From positions 372,001-423,632 of the forward strand of contig BROI01000027.1 of the NCBI GenBank assembly GCA_027923505.1: DNA of 51,632 bases. The letters are read 5' to 3'. Positions within the stretch are counted from its first letter, which is position 1; every line of letters starts with the position of its first letter. Below, piece by piece: positions 1 to 12,563 of the stretch. The notes beneath the pieces are model-generated. The model saw only the letters and a list, made by a program, of their open reading frames with translations, did not search any database and was not told the DNA's origin. The position numbers and the translations under genes are program-made. The stretch comes from Mayamaea pseudoterrestris (Eukaryota).

Positions 1-311
1 ATGCAATTTCATATTCCAGCCACGCAAGCAAAGCCAAGCAATGACAAAGATCAAAACCACTGTGACACTGCCGCGGCTTTGCTGACCTTGTCATTCTCGC
101 TCAAACAAATCCATCACCTTCATTGCCACCCCCATTCTTAACATCAACCATGAATATGGATCACAATCCTCCTTTTGATGCAGCTCCTGCAGTTGCAGTT
201 TCTTTTTTTGATAATGAAGTAGATGAGATGGAGGTGGAGCTTGTCGCCTTGCGACAGGATGTCGTCGTCCAGTGACAGCAGCTCATTGTTCTGCAACAGC
301 AGCTCAACAAC

Positions 312-1487
312 ATGTCGAGGGAGCTCAGTAACACACTGGTGGAGTGCAACATGTGGAAGCAGCAATGCAGCAAGCAACAGTGCGCCTTGGATCACTTGGA
401 CTGTGTCGCTCCCTCTAGCCTGGTGCAAGGAAATTGGCAGACTAATCAACATAGTCAATGGCGCCGCCAGGCGAACAATTCCTTGTCGCGTGGAATGTAC
501 CTGGATGATGCAAATGACCTCTCTGCTGTGCACCAGTTGGATGAGGAGGAGGCTGGTGACAATGACAGTGAACTGAACGATGAGCTCGACAATGAGCTCG
601 ACAATGAGCTCCATGACAATGTAGAGGAGGAGGATGGCACTGCCAATTATGTCTCTTTTGACAGTGAGGAGGAGATGGATGAGCAAGGTGAATTGACGGA
701 TGACCAAGAGGCGGATGGCGAAGAGACAGATGGCAAAGAGGCGGATGGCGAAGAGGTGGACGGCGAAGAGGCGGACGGCGAAGAGGCGGACGGCAAGGAG
801 GCGGACAGCAAAGAGGCGGACGGTGAAGAGGCGGACAGCAAAGAGGCGGACGGCGAAGAGGCAGACGGCGAAGAGGCGGACAGCAAAGAGGCGGATGGCG
901 AAGAGGCGGACAGTGAAGAGGCGGACAGCAAAGAGTTGGATGGCACAGAGGCGGATGGCGAAGAGGCAGACGGCGAAGAGTCGGATGGCGCAGAGGCGGA
1001 TAAAGAGTCGGACGAAGAGTCGGACGGAAAATTGGATGAAGAGTCAGACGAAAAATTGGATGAAGAGTCGGATGGCAAAGTGTTAGACGAAGAGACGGAT
1101 GTTGAAGAGATGGATGAAGAGGCAGCTGGCGTGGAGCTGCATGGTGAGGAGCTGCATGGCGAAGAGGCGGACGGCGAAGAGGCAGACGGCAAAGAGGCGG
1201 ACGGCGAAGAGTCGGACGGCGATGAGTCGGACGGCGAAGAGTCGGACGGTGAAGAGTCGGATGGCAAAGAGTCAGATGGCACAGAGTCGGATGGCGAAGT
1301 GTCAGACAAAGAGTCGGACGAAGAGTCGGACGAAGAGTCGGAGGGCAAGGAGCTGCATGGTGATAACGAGAATGCAGTTGGAATGGGTAGCATGGCTGCC
1401 AAGACAGAAGCCAATGGGTCTCTTTTGAATCAACACAAGCTCAAGGAGGCAACAAACTGTGGCAGCAGCAAAGGCAGCAACTGTTAG
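312..1487 (+). pseudogene. Acidic low-complexity protein (EEADG/ELDN repeats), copy 0; coiled-coil-like N-terminus continues upstream through an in-frame TGA near 273
   Basis: 391-aa ORF; paralogous to 11601-12563 and 21606-22336; upstream frame reads EVELVALRQDVVVQ*QQLIVLQQQLNNM. Confidence 0.6.
700..1345 (+). repeat. 15-nt coding minisatellite (GAAGAGGCGGACGGC = EEADG) with 12-nt variants
   Basis: Directly visible tandem units; explains overlapping stop-free ORFs in other frames. Confidence 0.9.
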
Positions 1488-1835
1488 AGCAACAGGTTTG
1501 ACAGTTGATATGGTGGCCAAGTAATTATATATTCATGCATGCAAAGCACTGGCACATCTGCAGCCAATGATGATAGTAATATTTCACTCATAAAAAGATA
1601 GTCATTGTCAACACAAAGCTGCTAATGTCTCCTTAGTTTGTAGTGGCCCACCATGCTGCTAAATTGGTATCAGTTTCAATTGGAATATTGCCTTCCTCAC
1701 TTCATGGACCAATAGTGCAGATGTATCCGGTGGAAAGGACTGCCCGGAGTATGTCGTCCATCTTATCCATGAGCACCACTGTTTGATGATCTGAACGTGG
1801 CCGCGTGTGCAGTCCTGACTGGGGAGGAACACGTG

Positions 1836-2114
1836 TCACTCGTGCAAAGATAGGACAAGAGTCACCAGATTCGTTTTGTATGTGATGGATATGGCATAGT
1901 TACGACCATGGTGTTCAACATTGTGCAAGTTAGTATTTGGAATGTAAATGGTGCGACTAGCCTTGCCTTGCTCGGTTAACTTCCATTGGTGTCCAGTCAA
2001 CGAAATGACTTGCAATTCATTGCTTCCTAGCTTTGGCAGATATGCATAACACCTTCCCTTGAAGCCAACTTTGTCACCCTTCTGAAGAGCCTTATCTGCA
2101 GGGCAAACCCTCAT
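1836..2114 (-). pseudogene. Diverged paralog of the N-terminal domain of the TET/JBP-like ORF
   Basis: AYLPKLGS...LTG..W.LTE.GKASRTIYIPNT.L..VEHHGRNY shared with ORF 5522..6370. Confidence 0.75.
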
Positions 2115-2369
2115 GGTGATTTATGATGTTATGATCATCGGCGTTTTGCGGGGCGCCTCGTCGAACAAAGAAAAAGTAGTGGATGTGGAGCTATGTCACA
2201 TAAATATCTCACCGTTATTGGGGCTTTCATTAAACGTGCGAATTGGAAAAACAAGGTCGGCTGCCGCCGTTGGCACTGACCCAGCCTTTGGAGTTGGATG
2301 GCAGGTTGGTCTATCAGTGGGCGGTTGAAATGGATAGGCAGTGATGATGTTCTGTTCCCAAGAGAGAAC

Positions 2370-2690
2370 GTCGGCTAACTATCCAGCTAATGCCTGCACA
2401 AACTGTCGGGATATCTGTTTGCAAGGCAGTGGTCGGGCGGTGGTTGGGTACGACGGTATCAAATTATTGCCTGCGCGAACTAGCGGGAGTGGTTGGGCAG
2501 TGGTTGGGTAGCTAACTAACTATTGCTTGCATGAACTAGTGGGATCCGTTCGCAAGAGGTGCAGCACTCAGGCGGTGGTGGGGTAGCTATCAAACTACTG
2601 ACTATACGAACTACCGGTAGCGAGATCTGTTCGCAAGAGACTCTTGGTGCAGCGGTCGGGCGGTGGTTGGGTAGCTATCCGACATATTGT
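2370..2690. repeat. Degenerate short tandem repeats (core GCGGTGGTTGGGTAGCTATC)
   Basis: Core motif recurs about 4 times at irregular spacing. Confidence 0.6.
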
Positions 2691-2800
2691 GTCGCACTGG
2701 TGTTACTCACGCACACGTAAAACTTTTAACTCACTGAGCCCGTTCCGGGTCAGTGAAACCCACACGCGTTGGCCCATCACTCACACATACCGGTACTCAA

Positions 2801-3506
2801 GCATCCATTCTGTCATTTAAAGCCTATACGTAGTCTTTTTCATTGATTTAAAGCACAAGATCTACTAAGTAAGTCAAGTGGGTTCGAATGGTGTAATCAG
2901 TTTTGCTTCGTCATTGATATTGGTCCCGCCGCGGCACCTTTTGTGTTGAGTTCCATCCAGGCCTCGGACTGCTTGCATCCATTCTGTCATTTAAAGTCTA
3001 TACTCAGTCTTTTTCATTGATTTAAAACACCAGATCTACTAAGTAAGTCAAGCGGGTTCGAATGGTGTAATCAGTTTTGCTTCGTCATTGATATTGGTCC
3101 CGCCGCGGCACCTTTTGTGTTGAGTTCCATCCAGGCCTCGGACTGCTTGCTCCTTTCCGTCATTTAAAGTCTATACTCAGTCTTTTTCATTGATTTAAAA
3201 CACCAGATCTACTAAGTAAGTCAAGCGGGTTCGAATGGTGTAATCAGTTTTGCTTCGTCATTGATATTGGTCCCGCCGCGGCACCTTTTGTGTTGAGTTC
3301 CATCCAGGCCTCGGACTGCTTGCTCCTTTCCGTCATTTAAAGTCTATACTCAGTCTTTTTCATTGATTTAAAACACCAGATCTACTAAGTAAGTCAAGTG
3401 GGTTCTAACGGTGCGGTCGGTTTTGTCATCCGAGCCGTATTGGTCCCGCCGCGGCACCTTTTGTGTTGAGTTCCATCCAGGCCTCGGACTGCTCGCTCCA
3501 TTCCGT
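2801..3506. repeat. 173/174-bp tandem repeat, about 4 units (family R1)
   Basis: TCATTTAAAG at 2813, 2987, 3160, 3333; shared AGATCTACTAAGTAAGTCAAG core. Confidence 0.95.
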
Positions 3507-3761
3507 TGTTGCTATTGTGCTATAGGTCATTTTTGATGCTGATACCGTGCATACACTAGCTTTAATATGTAAAGGAGCTGATTGCCAAGTTTGGTTGAGT
3601 TCTGATGGGTATTTAAAAAGTGTGCACCCTCCAAGTGTCAATATTTTGTTGGTCTCCAGTATTTGCAGCATGATCATTCTCTAACAAATTATTGCTCTAG
3701 AATATTTTACAGACTGTAGACTATAATGTACAATGAAAGGAAGATTCAGCAACAAGTAATC

Positions 3762-4197
3762 AGATAGTGGTTTATAATGTTGGCGCGGGCTTCGACTCGG
3801 ATTTACTGCAGCAAGGAGAGAGGCTCTGCCACATTGGCAAGGGGAAATGCGACTGACCTGCGACCAGGATGGCTCCAAACTTGCAACCAGCACTTGTTGC
3901 AGCCAAGGGTTCCTGTCACTTATAGTGGTTTATAATGTTGGCGCGGGCTTTGACTCGGATTTACTGCAGGTTGAGTGGGAGACTGTGCTTTTGGCAACTG
4001 GCTGCAAACGAGTCGCCTGCAACTAGGATGGCTCCAAACTTGCAACCAGCACTTGTTGCAGCATTACTATATTTGCGGAAAGGGTTCCTGTCACTTATAG
4101 TGGTTTATAATGTTGGCGCGGGCTTTGGCGAATTTGCCGCAGGTTGAATGGGAGACTGTGCTCTTGGCAACTGCCTGCAAACGAGTCGCCTGCGACA
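3762..4197. repeat. Modular ~155-175-bp repeat, family R2 (ATAGTGGTTTATAATGTTGGCGCGGGC...)
   Basis: Three starts of the core within the interval; same family at 7816-8250 and 13965-16195. Confidence 0.85.
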
Positions 4198-4258
4198 TGA
4201 GCTAGCAACTACATTACAGCAAAATGTTGTAATTGCAACTAATAAACAGCTAGTACTT

Positions 4259-6295
4259 TTAAGTCTCCTCTGGCACAATCCATTCTCGGTAACTCCCACC
4301 TGCTCCCCAAGCAATGATGGTAGCATTGTCATCAAAGTAATGGACCAATCCAGTGTCCGGGTCCACAGCCACAGTTACAGCAGTATTATGTGCAATCTCT
4401 GCACCATAAAATTGCTGTGTCCAACCTTCCTTGAAACGAACAGCAATACCAATGCCATCATTCAAAAAGTACTGGTAAATAATCCAGGATGCAGGAAACA
4501 CACCAGAAACAGCGTAAGCACAATGTGTTGGAACTGAGAAGGTTTGTTCACCTTTCTTGTTCACCACTGTAAACATCTCTCGCATCTCCATCAGATACAA
4601 GTATATGTCATGCTTTGATGGATCGCGTTGCCACTCTTCAAGTACCTCATCAGCTCGGGCTTGAAACACTGGTAGTAACTTGTCATTTTGGTCCACATGG
4701 CTAGTATTCGCAAAGGACAACCACTTGGTTAGGTAGCCTGTTGTGAGAATCTTGATACTGTTATGGCCAAGTTCTTGAAGTTGCTTGCTACCCACAAGAG
4801 CTGCCTGCAAAAATTCATTGACACCCTCATCCAAAGCAAAAGCAGCTGCAACAGTTACATGTTCCAGCGCATTTACTGCAGCATTGCAAATGGGGACAAA
4901 GAAATCATGCCACTCTTGTCGGTAGTACTGATGCTCTGTGGCACAGAATTGCAAAGGCTTCCTGCCTGCCATTTTGGTGAGACGCCTACAAAAATATCCA
5001 TTTTGGCCAATGATATCAGAGGAACTTCATCCACCAAATATTATATTCCCGTATGTAAAGTCAATGAGGCCATAAAGCTGGGGATCCAGTTGAGTGAAAG
5101 CATTCTTGAGACGTCCCCATTCAACCACCTTGACACCATCTGGCGGAATGCTTGTTGGTCTTATATTGTGCTCTTCAAAATGTATGTCAGGCGTTTCATC
5201 TAGGTTGACGTCGCCAGCCTCACAAGTCTTGTCATTGGCAGCTTTCTTTCGGTCATTACCAAGTATAATTCGGACGCCGCCTGGAAACTCTTCTGTAACA
5301 TCAACCATCTGCAACTCAATAATATTATCCTTTGTTAACTTCCTGACCCATTTGTTATGCATTTTAGCAATGCGACGTTCCTCTTTCAACATGTTAAATT
5401 GTGTTTTCGTCAACAAACCAAACTTTCCAGCGTTCGGCTTGCCAAGCAGAGGGACAGCAAAAAGCATGGCCTCGGTCGTGCGCAATCCACCTTTAAGCTT
5501 GCAAACCTCCCGGCGGCGGGCTTATCCAACATGCACGCAAACCGTTGTGCACCTTGCATCACGAAACTGCTTGGTATGCTTGCCCAAGCAGTATCTGCGC
5601 TTCTTTGCTGGCTGTGCCTCTGGCTTGGAATCTTCCACTGTCGGCACTACGTAGGCCTTTGAATAGTCCGTCTTGACAGGCTCATTTTCATTTCGGGGAA
5701 TGACAGTCGTGAATACCTTATCTGGACCATAGGGATCCATTTGAATGCACTTGTCTTGGTGGTCAAGATTCGCAATAATATTGCCAATTTGGAGCGGCAC
5801 GCAAGGCAGTCCCGACAGGAGGTTGAGAAACTTGCAGGACTTGTGCTCCAAGTCACGATATGGCACTGTTTTGATGGTGAAGTATTGCTCAAATGCCGCA
5901 ATTGGAGCATCGGCTGGAAGGTTCGAGAATGGGTAAATAATTTGTCCATCTTGCTCGATGGCTTCACAGTGGCATTCCATGAAGGTGACGGTCGACTGTT
6001 GCCCATTGTAATGCGCGCTCATGAACACGCCAAAAAGATAGTCCTTACTGTGCTTGTACTTGATGACACATCCATAATTGCGACCATGGTGTTCAACATC
6101 ATCCAAGTCAGTATTTGGAATGTAAATGGTGCGACTAGCCTTGCCTTCTTCCGTCAAATTCCATCGGTATCCAGTCAATGGAACGGTTTCCAATGTGGCT
6201 GACCCCAGTTTTGGCAAATACGCGAGCGCTTCTCCCGTTCCAGTGGTTTTAGACAAGTCGCAGAAGAGCGCCTTTTTGGCAGCGCATGGAGGCAT
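4259..6295 (-). pseudogene. ~680-codon ORF with C-terminal TET/JBP-like Fe(II) dioxygenase domain, copy 1; two in-frame premature stops (5522, 5027)
   Basis: ORFs 5522..6370, 5027..5485 and 4259..4972 share one frame; copy 3 is open at both stops; motifs FANTSHVD (HxD), GIGIAVRF.EG...FYGAEIAHNT, AWGAGGSYREW. Confidence 0.6.
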
Positions 6296-6535
6296 GGTAG
6301 CAGGAGTAAAGGGTTGTTTCGCTTCATTTTGTGAGGCCGTGAGGTGCGACTTGGTGATGTGCGTACGCATCGGATGGAACGAGTTTTTGAATGGCGCTCG
6401 TTCCTTCCATTCGAGTCGTACCGGTACTCACTCTCTCGGCCGCAGTGAAACAATCAGCAGGCATGATGACCATGGAGGGAGAAAGGATGTTTATTGATTA
6501 ACGGCACGCCATCGAACAACATTTGTAGCAGAAGC

Positions 6536-7028
6536 ATGACGCAGCAGCAGCATTACCATTCCTTTGATCCTTCCTGGCTGTCGGTTCTTCTGCCTGACGA
6601 TCCCCTGGCATGCGACGCTCCGTACCTTTCCATTTTGTCCGAGAGCAATACATTTCAATGGTTGGCGCTACTGCTCAAGCATTTGAAGAGCGCCAAGCAT
6701 TACAAGCAATTTGGAATCTTGATGCGGGCGTATCGGCTGGAGCGTGGCGATTTTGAAGGCGATGACTGCGATGCAAATACGATGACGACTCCGAGTAATT
6801 TACCATTAACGCATGACAAGACGACGACGACGCGCCGCCGCTACCCCGACTCGTGGCTGCAGCAGACGCCCCTCCCCTCCAAACTCGACCATCAGCAGGT
6901 TTCATACGGCGAGCGCATTTACGATCACGTCAGCAAGACGCTGCGGTGGCGCTGCCTGCTGTGCGACTCTGGATGGATGGGCAATGGCAGCAAGGATGCG
7001 ATGGAGCACTGCGCGGGCCGCAACATGG
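6536..7028 (+). pseudogene. Zinc-finger-like ORF, copy 1, truncated by the duplication junction
   Basis: HLKSAKH and WRCLLC-x-HCAGR motifs; continues intact in copy 2. Confidence 0.6.
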
Positions 7029-7560
7029 GCATCCATTCTGTCATTTAAAGTCTATACTCAGTCTTTTTCATTGATTTAAAACACCAGATCTACTAAGTAA
7101 GTCAAGCGGGTTCGAATGGTGTAATCAGTTTTGCTTCGTCATTGATATTGGTCCCGCCGCGGCACCTTTTGTGTTGAGTTCCATCCAGGCCTCGGACTGC
7201 TTGCTCCTTTCCGTCATTTAAAGTCTATACTCAGTCTTTTTCATTGATTTAAAACACCAGATCTACTAAGTAAGTCAAGCGGGTTCGAATGGTGTAATCA
7301 GTTTTGCTTCGTCATTGATATTGGTCCCGCCGCGGCACCTTTTGTGTTGAGTTCCATCCAGGCCTCGGACTGCTTGCTCCTTTCCGTCATTTAAAGTCTA
7401 TACTCAGTCTTTTTCATTGATTTAAAACACCAGATCTACTAAGTAAGTCAAGTGGGTTCTAACGGTGCGGTCGGTTTTGTCATCCGAGCCGTATTGGTCC
7501 CGCCGCGGCACCTTTTGTGTTGAGTTCCATCCAGGCCTCGGACTGCTCGCTCCATTCCGT
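7029..7560. repeat. R1 173-bp tandem repeat, about 3 units
   Basis: Duplicate of 2975-3506. Confidence 0.95.
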
Positions 7561-7815
7561 TGTTGCTATTGTGCTATAGGTCATTTTTGATGCTGATACC
7601 GTGCATACACTAGCTTTAATATGTAAAGGAGCTGATTGCCAAGTTTGGTTGAGTTCTGATGGGTATTTAAAAAGTGTGCACCCTCCAAGTGTCAATATTT
7701 TGTTGGTCTCCAGTATTTGCAGCATGATCATTCTCTAACAAATTATTGCTCTAGAATATTTTACAGACTGTAGACTATAATGTACAATGAAAGGAAGATT
7801 CAGCAACAAGTAATC

Positions 7816-8250
7816 AGATAGTGGTTTATAATGTTGGCGCGGGCTTCGACTCGGATTTACTGCAGCAAGGAGAGAGGCTCTGCCACATTGGCAAGGGGAA
7901 ATGCGACTGACCTGCGACCAGGATGGCTCCAAACTTGCAACCAGCACTTGTTGCAGCCAAGGGTTCCTGTCACTTATAGTGGTTTATAATGTTGGCGCGG
8001 GCTTTGACTCGGATTTACTGCAGGTTGAGTGGGAGACTGTGCTTTTGGCAACTGGCTGCAAACGAGTCGCCTGCAACTAGGATGGCTCCAAACTTGCAAC
8101 CAGCACTTGTTGCAGCATTACTATATTTGCGGAAAGGGTTCCTGTCACTTATAGTGGTTTATAATGTTGGCGCGGGCTTTGGCGAATTTGCCGCAGGTTG
8201 AATGGGAGACTGTGCTCTTGGCAACTGCCTGCAAACGAGTCGCCTGCTAC
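7816..8250. repeat. R2 modular repeat
   Basis: Duplicate of 3762-4197. Confidence 0.85.
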
Positions 8251-8312
8251 ATGAGCTAGCAACTACATTACAGCAAAATGTTGTAATTGCAACTAATAAA
8301 CAGCTAGTACTT

Positions 8313-10349
8313 TTAAGTCTCCTCTGGCACAATCCATTCTCGGTAACTCCCACCTGCTCCCCAAGCAATGATGGTAGCATTGTCATCAAAGTAATGGACC
8401 AATCCAGTGTCCGGGTCCACAGCCACAGTTACAGCAGTATTATGTGCAATCTCTGCACCATAAAATTGCTGTGTCCAACCTTCCTTGAAACGAACAGCAA
8501 TACCAATGCCATCATTCAAAAAGTACTGGTAAATAATCCAGGATGCAGGAAACACACCAGAAACAGCGTAAGCACAATGTGTTGGAACTGAGAAGGTTTG
8601 TTCACCTTTCTTGTTCACCACTGTAAACATCTCTCGCATCTCCATCAGATACAAGTATATGTCATGCTTTGATGGATCGCGTTGCCACTCTTCAAGTACC
8701 TCATCAGCTCGGGCTTGAAACACTGGTAGTAACTTGTCATTTTGGTCCACATGGCTAGTATTCGCAAAGGACAACCACTTGGTTAGGTAGCCTGTTGTGA
8801 GAATCTTGATACTGTTATGGCCAAGTTCTTGAAGTTGCTTGCTACCCACAAGAGCTGCCTGCAAAAATTCATTGACACCCTCATCCAAAGCAAAAGCAGC
8901 TGCAACAGTTACATGTTCCAGCGCATTTACTGCAGCATTGCAAATGGGGACAAAGAAATCATGCCACTCTTGTCGGTAGTACTGATGCTCTGTGGCACAG
9001 AATTGCAAAGGCTTCCTGCCTGCCATTTTGGTGAGACGCCTACAAAAATATCCATTTTGGCCAATGATATCAGAGGAACTTCATCCACCAAATATTATAT
9101 TCCCGTATGTAAAGTCAATGAGGCCATAAAGCTGGGGATCCAGTTGAGTGAAAGCATTCTTGAGACGTCCCCATTCAACCACCTTGACACCATCTGGCGG
9201 AATGCTTGTTGGTCTTATATTGTGCTCTTCAAAATGTATGTCAGGCGTTTCATCTAGGTTGACGTCGCCAGCCTCACAAGTCTTGTCATTGGCAGCTTTC
9301 TTTCGGTCATTACCAAGTATAATTCGGACGCCGCCTGGAAACTCTTCTGTAACATCAACCATCTGCAACTCAATAATATTATCCTTTGTTAACTTCCTGA
9401 CCCATTTGTTATGCATTTTAGCAATGCGACGTTCCTCTTTCAACATGTTAAATTGTGTTTTCGTCAACAAACCAAACTTTCCAGCGTTCGGCTTGCCAAG
9501 CAGAGGGACAGCAAAAAGCATGGCCTCGGTCGTGCGCAATCCACCTTTAAGCTTGCAAACCTCCCGGCGGCGGGCTTATCCAACATGCACGCAAACCGTT
9601 GTGCACCTTGCATCACGAAACTGCTTGGTATGCTTGCCCAAGCAGTATCTGCGCTTCTTTGCTGGCTGTGCCTCTGGCTTGGAATCTTCCACTGTCGGCA
9701 CTACGTAGGCCTTTGAATAGTCCGTCTTGACAGGCTCATTTTCATTTCGGGGAATGACAGTCGTGAATACCTTATCTGGACCATAGGGATCCATTTGAAT
9801 GCACTTGTCTTGGTGGTCAAGATTCGCAATAATATTGCCAATTTGGAGCGGCACGCAAGGCAGTCCCGACAGGAGGTTGAGAAACTTGCAGGACTTGTGC
9901 TCCAAGTCACGATATGGCACTGTTTTGATGGTGAAGTATTGCTCAAATGCCGCAATTGGAGCATCGGCTGGAAGGTTCGAGAATGGGTAAATAATTTGTC
10001 CATCTTGCTCGATGGCTTCACAGTGGCATTCCATGAAGGTGACGGTCGACTGTTGCCCATTGTAATGCGCGCTCATGAACACGCCAAAAAGATAGTCCTT
10101 ACTGTGCTTGTACTTGATGACACATCCATAATTGCGACCATGGTGTTCAACATCATCCAAGTCAGTATTTGGAATGTAAATGGTGCGACTAGCCTTGCCT
10201 TCTTCCGTCAAATTCCATCGGTATCCAGTCAATGGAACGGTTTCCAATGTGGCTGACCCCAGTTTTGGCAAATACGCGAGCGCTTCTCCCGTTCCAGTGG
10301 TTTTAGACAAGTCGCAGAAGAGCGCCTTTTTGGCAGCGCATGGAGGCAT
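8313..10349 (-). pseudogene. TET/JBP-like ORF, copy 2 (same two stops as copy 1)
   Basis: Translations identical to copy 1 at +4054. Confidence 0.6.
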
Positions 10350-10589
10350 GGTAGCAGGAGTAAAGGGTTGTTTCGCTTCATTTTGTGAGGCCGTGAGGTG
10401 CGACTTGGTGATGTGCGTACGCATCGGATGGAACGAGTTTTTGAATGGCGCTCGTTCCTTCCATTCGAGTCGTACCGGTACTCACTCTCTCGGCCGCAGT
10501 GAAACAATCAGCAGGCATGATGACCATGGAGGGAGAAAGGATGTTTATTGATTAACGGCACGCCATCGAACAACATTTGTAGCAGAAGC

Positions 10590-12563
10590 ATGACGCAGCA
10601 GCAGCATTACCATTCCTTTGATCCTTCCTGGCTGTCGGTTCTTCTGCCTGACGATCCCCTGGCATGCGACGCTCCGTACCTTTCCATTTTGTCCGAGAGC
10701 AATACATTTCAATGGTTGGCGCTACTGCTCAAGCATTTGAAGAGCGCCAAGCATTACAAGCGATATGGACTCTTGATGCGGGCGTATCGGCTGGAGCGCG
10801 GCGATTTTGAAGGCGATGACTGCGATGCAAATACGATGACGACTCCGAGTAATTTACCATTAACGCATGACAAGACGACGACGACGCGCCGCCGCTACCC
10901 CGACTCGTGGCTGCAGCAGACGCCCCTCCCCTCCAAACTCGACCATCAGCAGGTTTCATACGGCGAGCGCATTTACGATCACGTCAGCAAGACGCTGCGG
11001 TGGCGCTGCCTGCTGTGCGACTCTGGATGGATGGGTAACAGCGGCACGGATGCAATGGAACACTGCGCGGGCCGCAACATGGCGCGAATTACGAGCAGTT
11101 TCGGGCCGCATATTTGCTACATGCGGAGCGAGAGTCAAGCGGCGGCGCGAGAAGCTGCGGAGCAAGAAGTCGCCACAAAACAAGCTGCTGAGCGAGAACA
11201 AGCTGCGGAACGACAGGCTGTGGAGCGACTGCAGCAGCAGCGACTGCAGCAGCAACAGCAAGACATACTAAAGCGACAGCATGCGCCAATGGAGCCAGCG
11301 GCGGCAAAGGAGGCTTTGCAAAAGGTGCAGCAGGAGCGACATGACAATATACATGGCCAGTAGGAGACGCAGACGCAGCCGCAGCAAACGCAAATGCAAC
11401 AATTTGCGAAACCGCAGCAAAATCGTTTGCAAATGGCAAGAACTAGTGCAAAGCAGCAATCTACTACATGTTTGGGTATCGTTTCATCTCCTCCAATAGG
11501 CAGCGTTGCGCCAGACTTTGAACCGCACTGGCTGCAGCATCTGCTCAAGGGCGTCTCCGCGTTTAGCGGCGTGCCGTATGGACAAATCAAAATGATACAG
11601 TCTAGCCTGGCGCAAGGAAATTGGTGGACTAATCAACATCGTCAATGGTGCCGCCAGGCAAACAATTCCTTGCTGCATGGAATGTACCTGGATGACGCAA
11701 ATGACCTCTCTGCTGTGCACCAGTTGGATGAGGAGGAGGCTGGTGACAATGACAGTGAACTCGACAATGAGCTTGACGATGAGCTCCACAATGAGCTCAA
11801 CAATGAGCTCGACAATGAGCTTGACAATGAGCTCGACAATGAGCTTGACAATGAGCTCGACAATGAGCTTGACAATGAGCTCCATGACAATGTAGAGGAG
11901 GAGGATGGCACTGCCAATTATGTCTCTTTTGACAGTGAGGAGGAGATGGATGAGCAAGGTGAATTGAGGGATGACCAAGAGGCGGATGGCAAAGAGGTGG
12001 ATGGTGAAGATGCGGACGCCGAAGAGGTGGACGGCGAAGAGGCAGACGGCGAAGAGGCGGATGGTGAAGAGTTGGATGGCGCAGAGGCGGACAGCGAAGA
12101 GGCGGATGGCGACGAGTTGGATGGCTCAGAGGGGGATAAAGAATTGGACGAAGAGTCGGACGAAAAATCGGATGAAGAGTCGGACGAAAAGTTGAATGAA
12201 GAGTTGGATGGCAAAGTGTTAGATGAAGAGATGGATGCCGAAGTGATGGATGAAGAGGCAGCTGGCGTGGAGCTGCATGGCAAGGAGCTGCATGGCGAAA
12301 TGGCGGACGGCGAAGAGGCGGACGGCAAAGAGTCAGACGGCGAAGAGTCGGATGGCACAGAGTCGGATGGTGAAGAGTCAGACAAAGAGTCCGACGAAGA
12401 GTCGGACGAAGAGTCGGACAGCAAGGAGCTGCATGGCGACAACGAGAATGCAGTTGGAATGGGTAGCATGGCTGCCAAGACAGAAGCCAATGGGTCTCTT
12501 TTGAATCAACACAAGCTCAAGGAGGCAACAAACTGTGGCAGCAGCAAAGGCAGCAACTGTTAG
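10590..12563 (+). pseudogene. ~650-codon ORF: U1/matrin-like zinc-finger remnants, Q/A-rich coiled coil, acidic repeat tail; single in-frame TAG at 11361
   Basis: ORFs 10548..11363 and 11394..12563 are in one frame, separated by one stop in a Gln-rich tract; divergent from the TET-like ORF. Confidence 0.6.

Larger units (their letters stand above)
2975..11082. repeat. Near-identical tandem segmental duplication, period 4054 bp (2975-7028 / 7029-11082)
   Basis: All ORFs recur at +4054; junction CAACATGG|GCATCCATTC falls at an R1 unit start. Confidence 0.95.

Noticed and set aside
647..1428. Ser/Pro-rich and Lys/Arg-rich (MAKRR) ORFs, also at 11918-12504
   Set aside because: Alternate-frame and antisense shadows of the stop-free 15-nt repeat
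2732..2755. Hairpin CACTGAGCCCG-TTC-CGGGTCAGTG as a Helitron 3' end
   Set aside because: No CTRR terminus at the expected distance on either strand and no Rep/helicase
2801..3506. CRISPR-like array interpretation of R1 (and of R2)
   Set aside because: Units are full-length ~173-bp repeats without unique spacers; no cas genes; eukaryotic context
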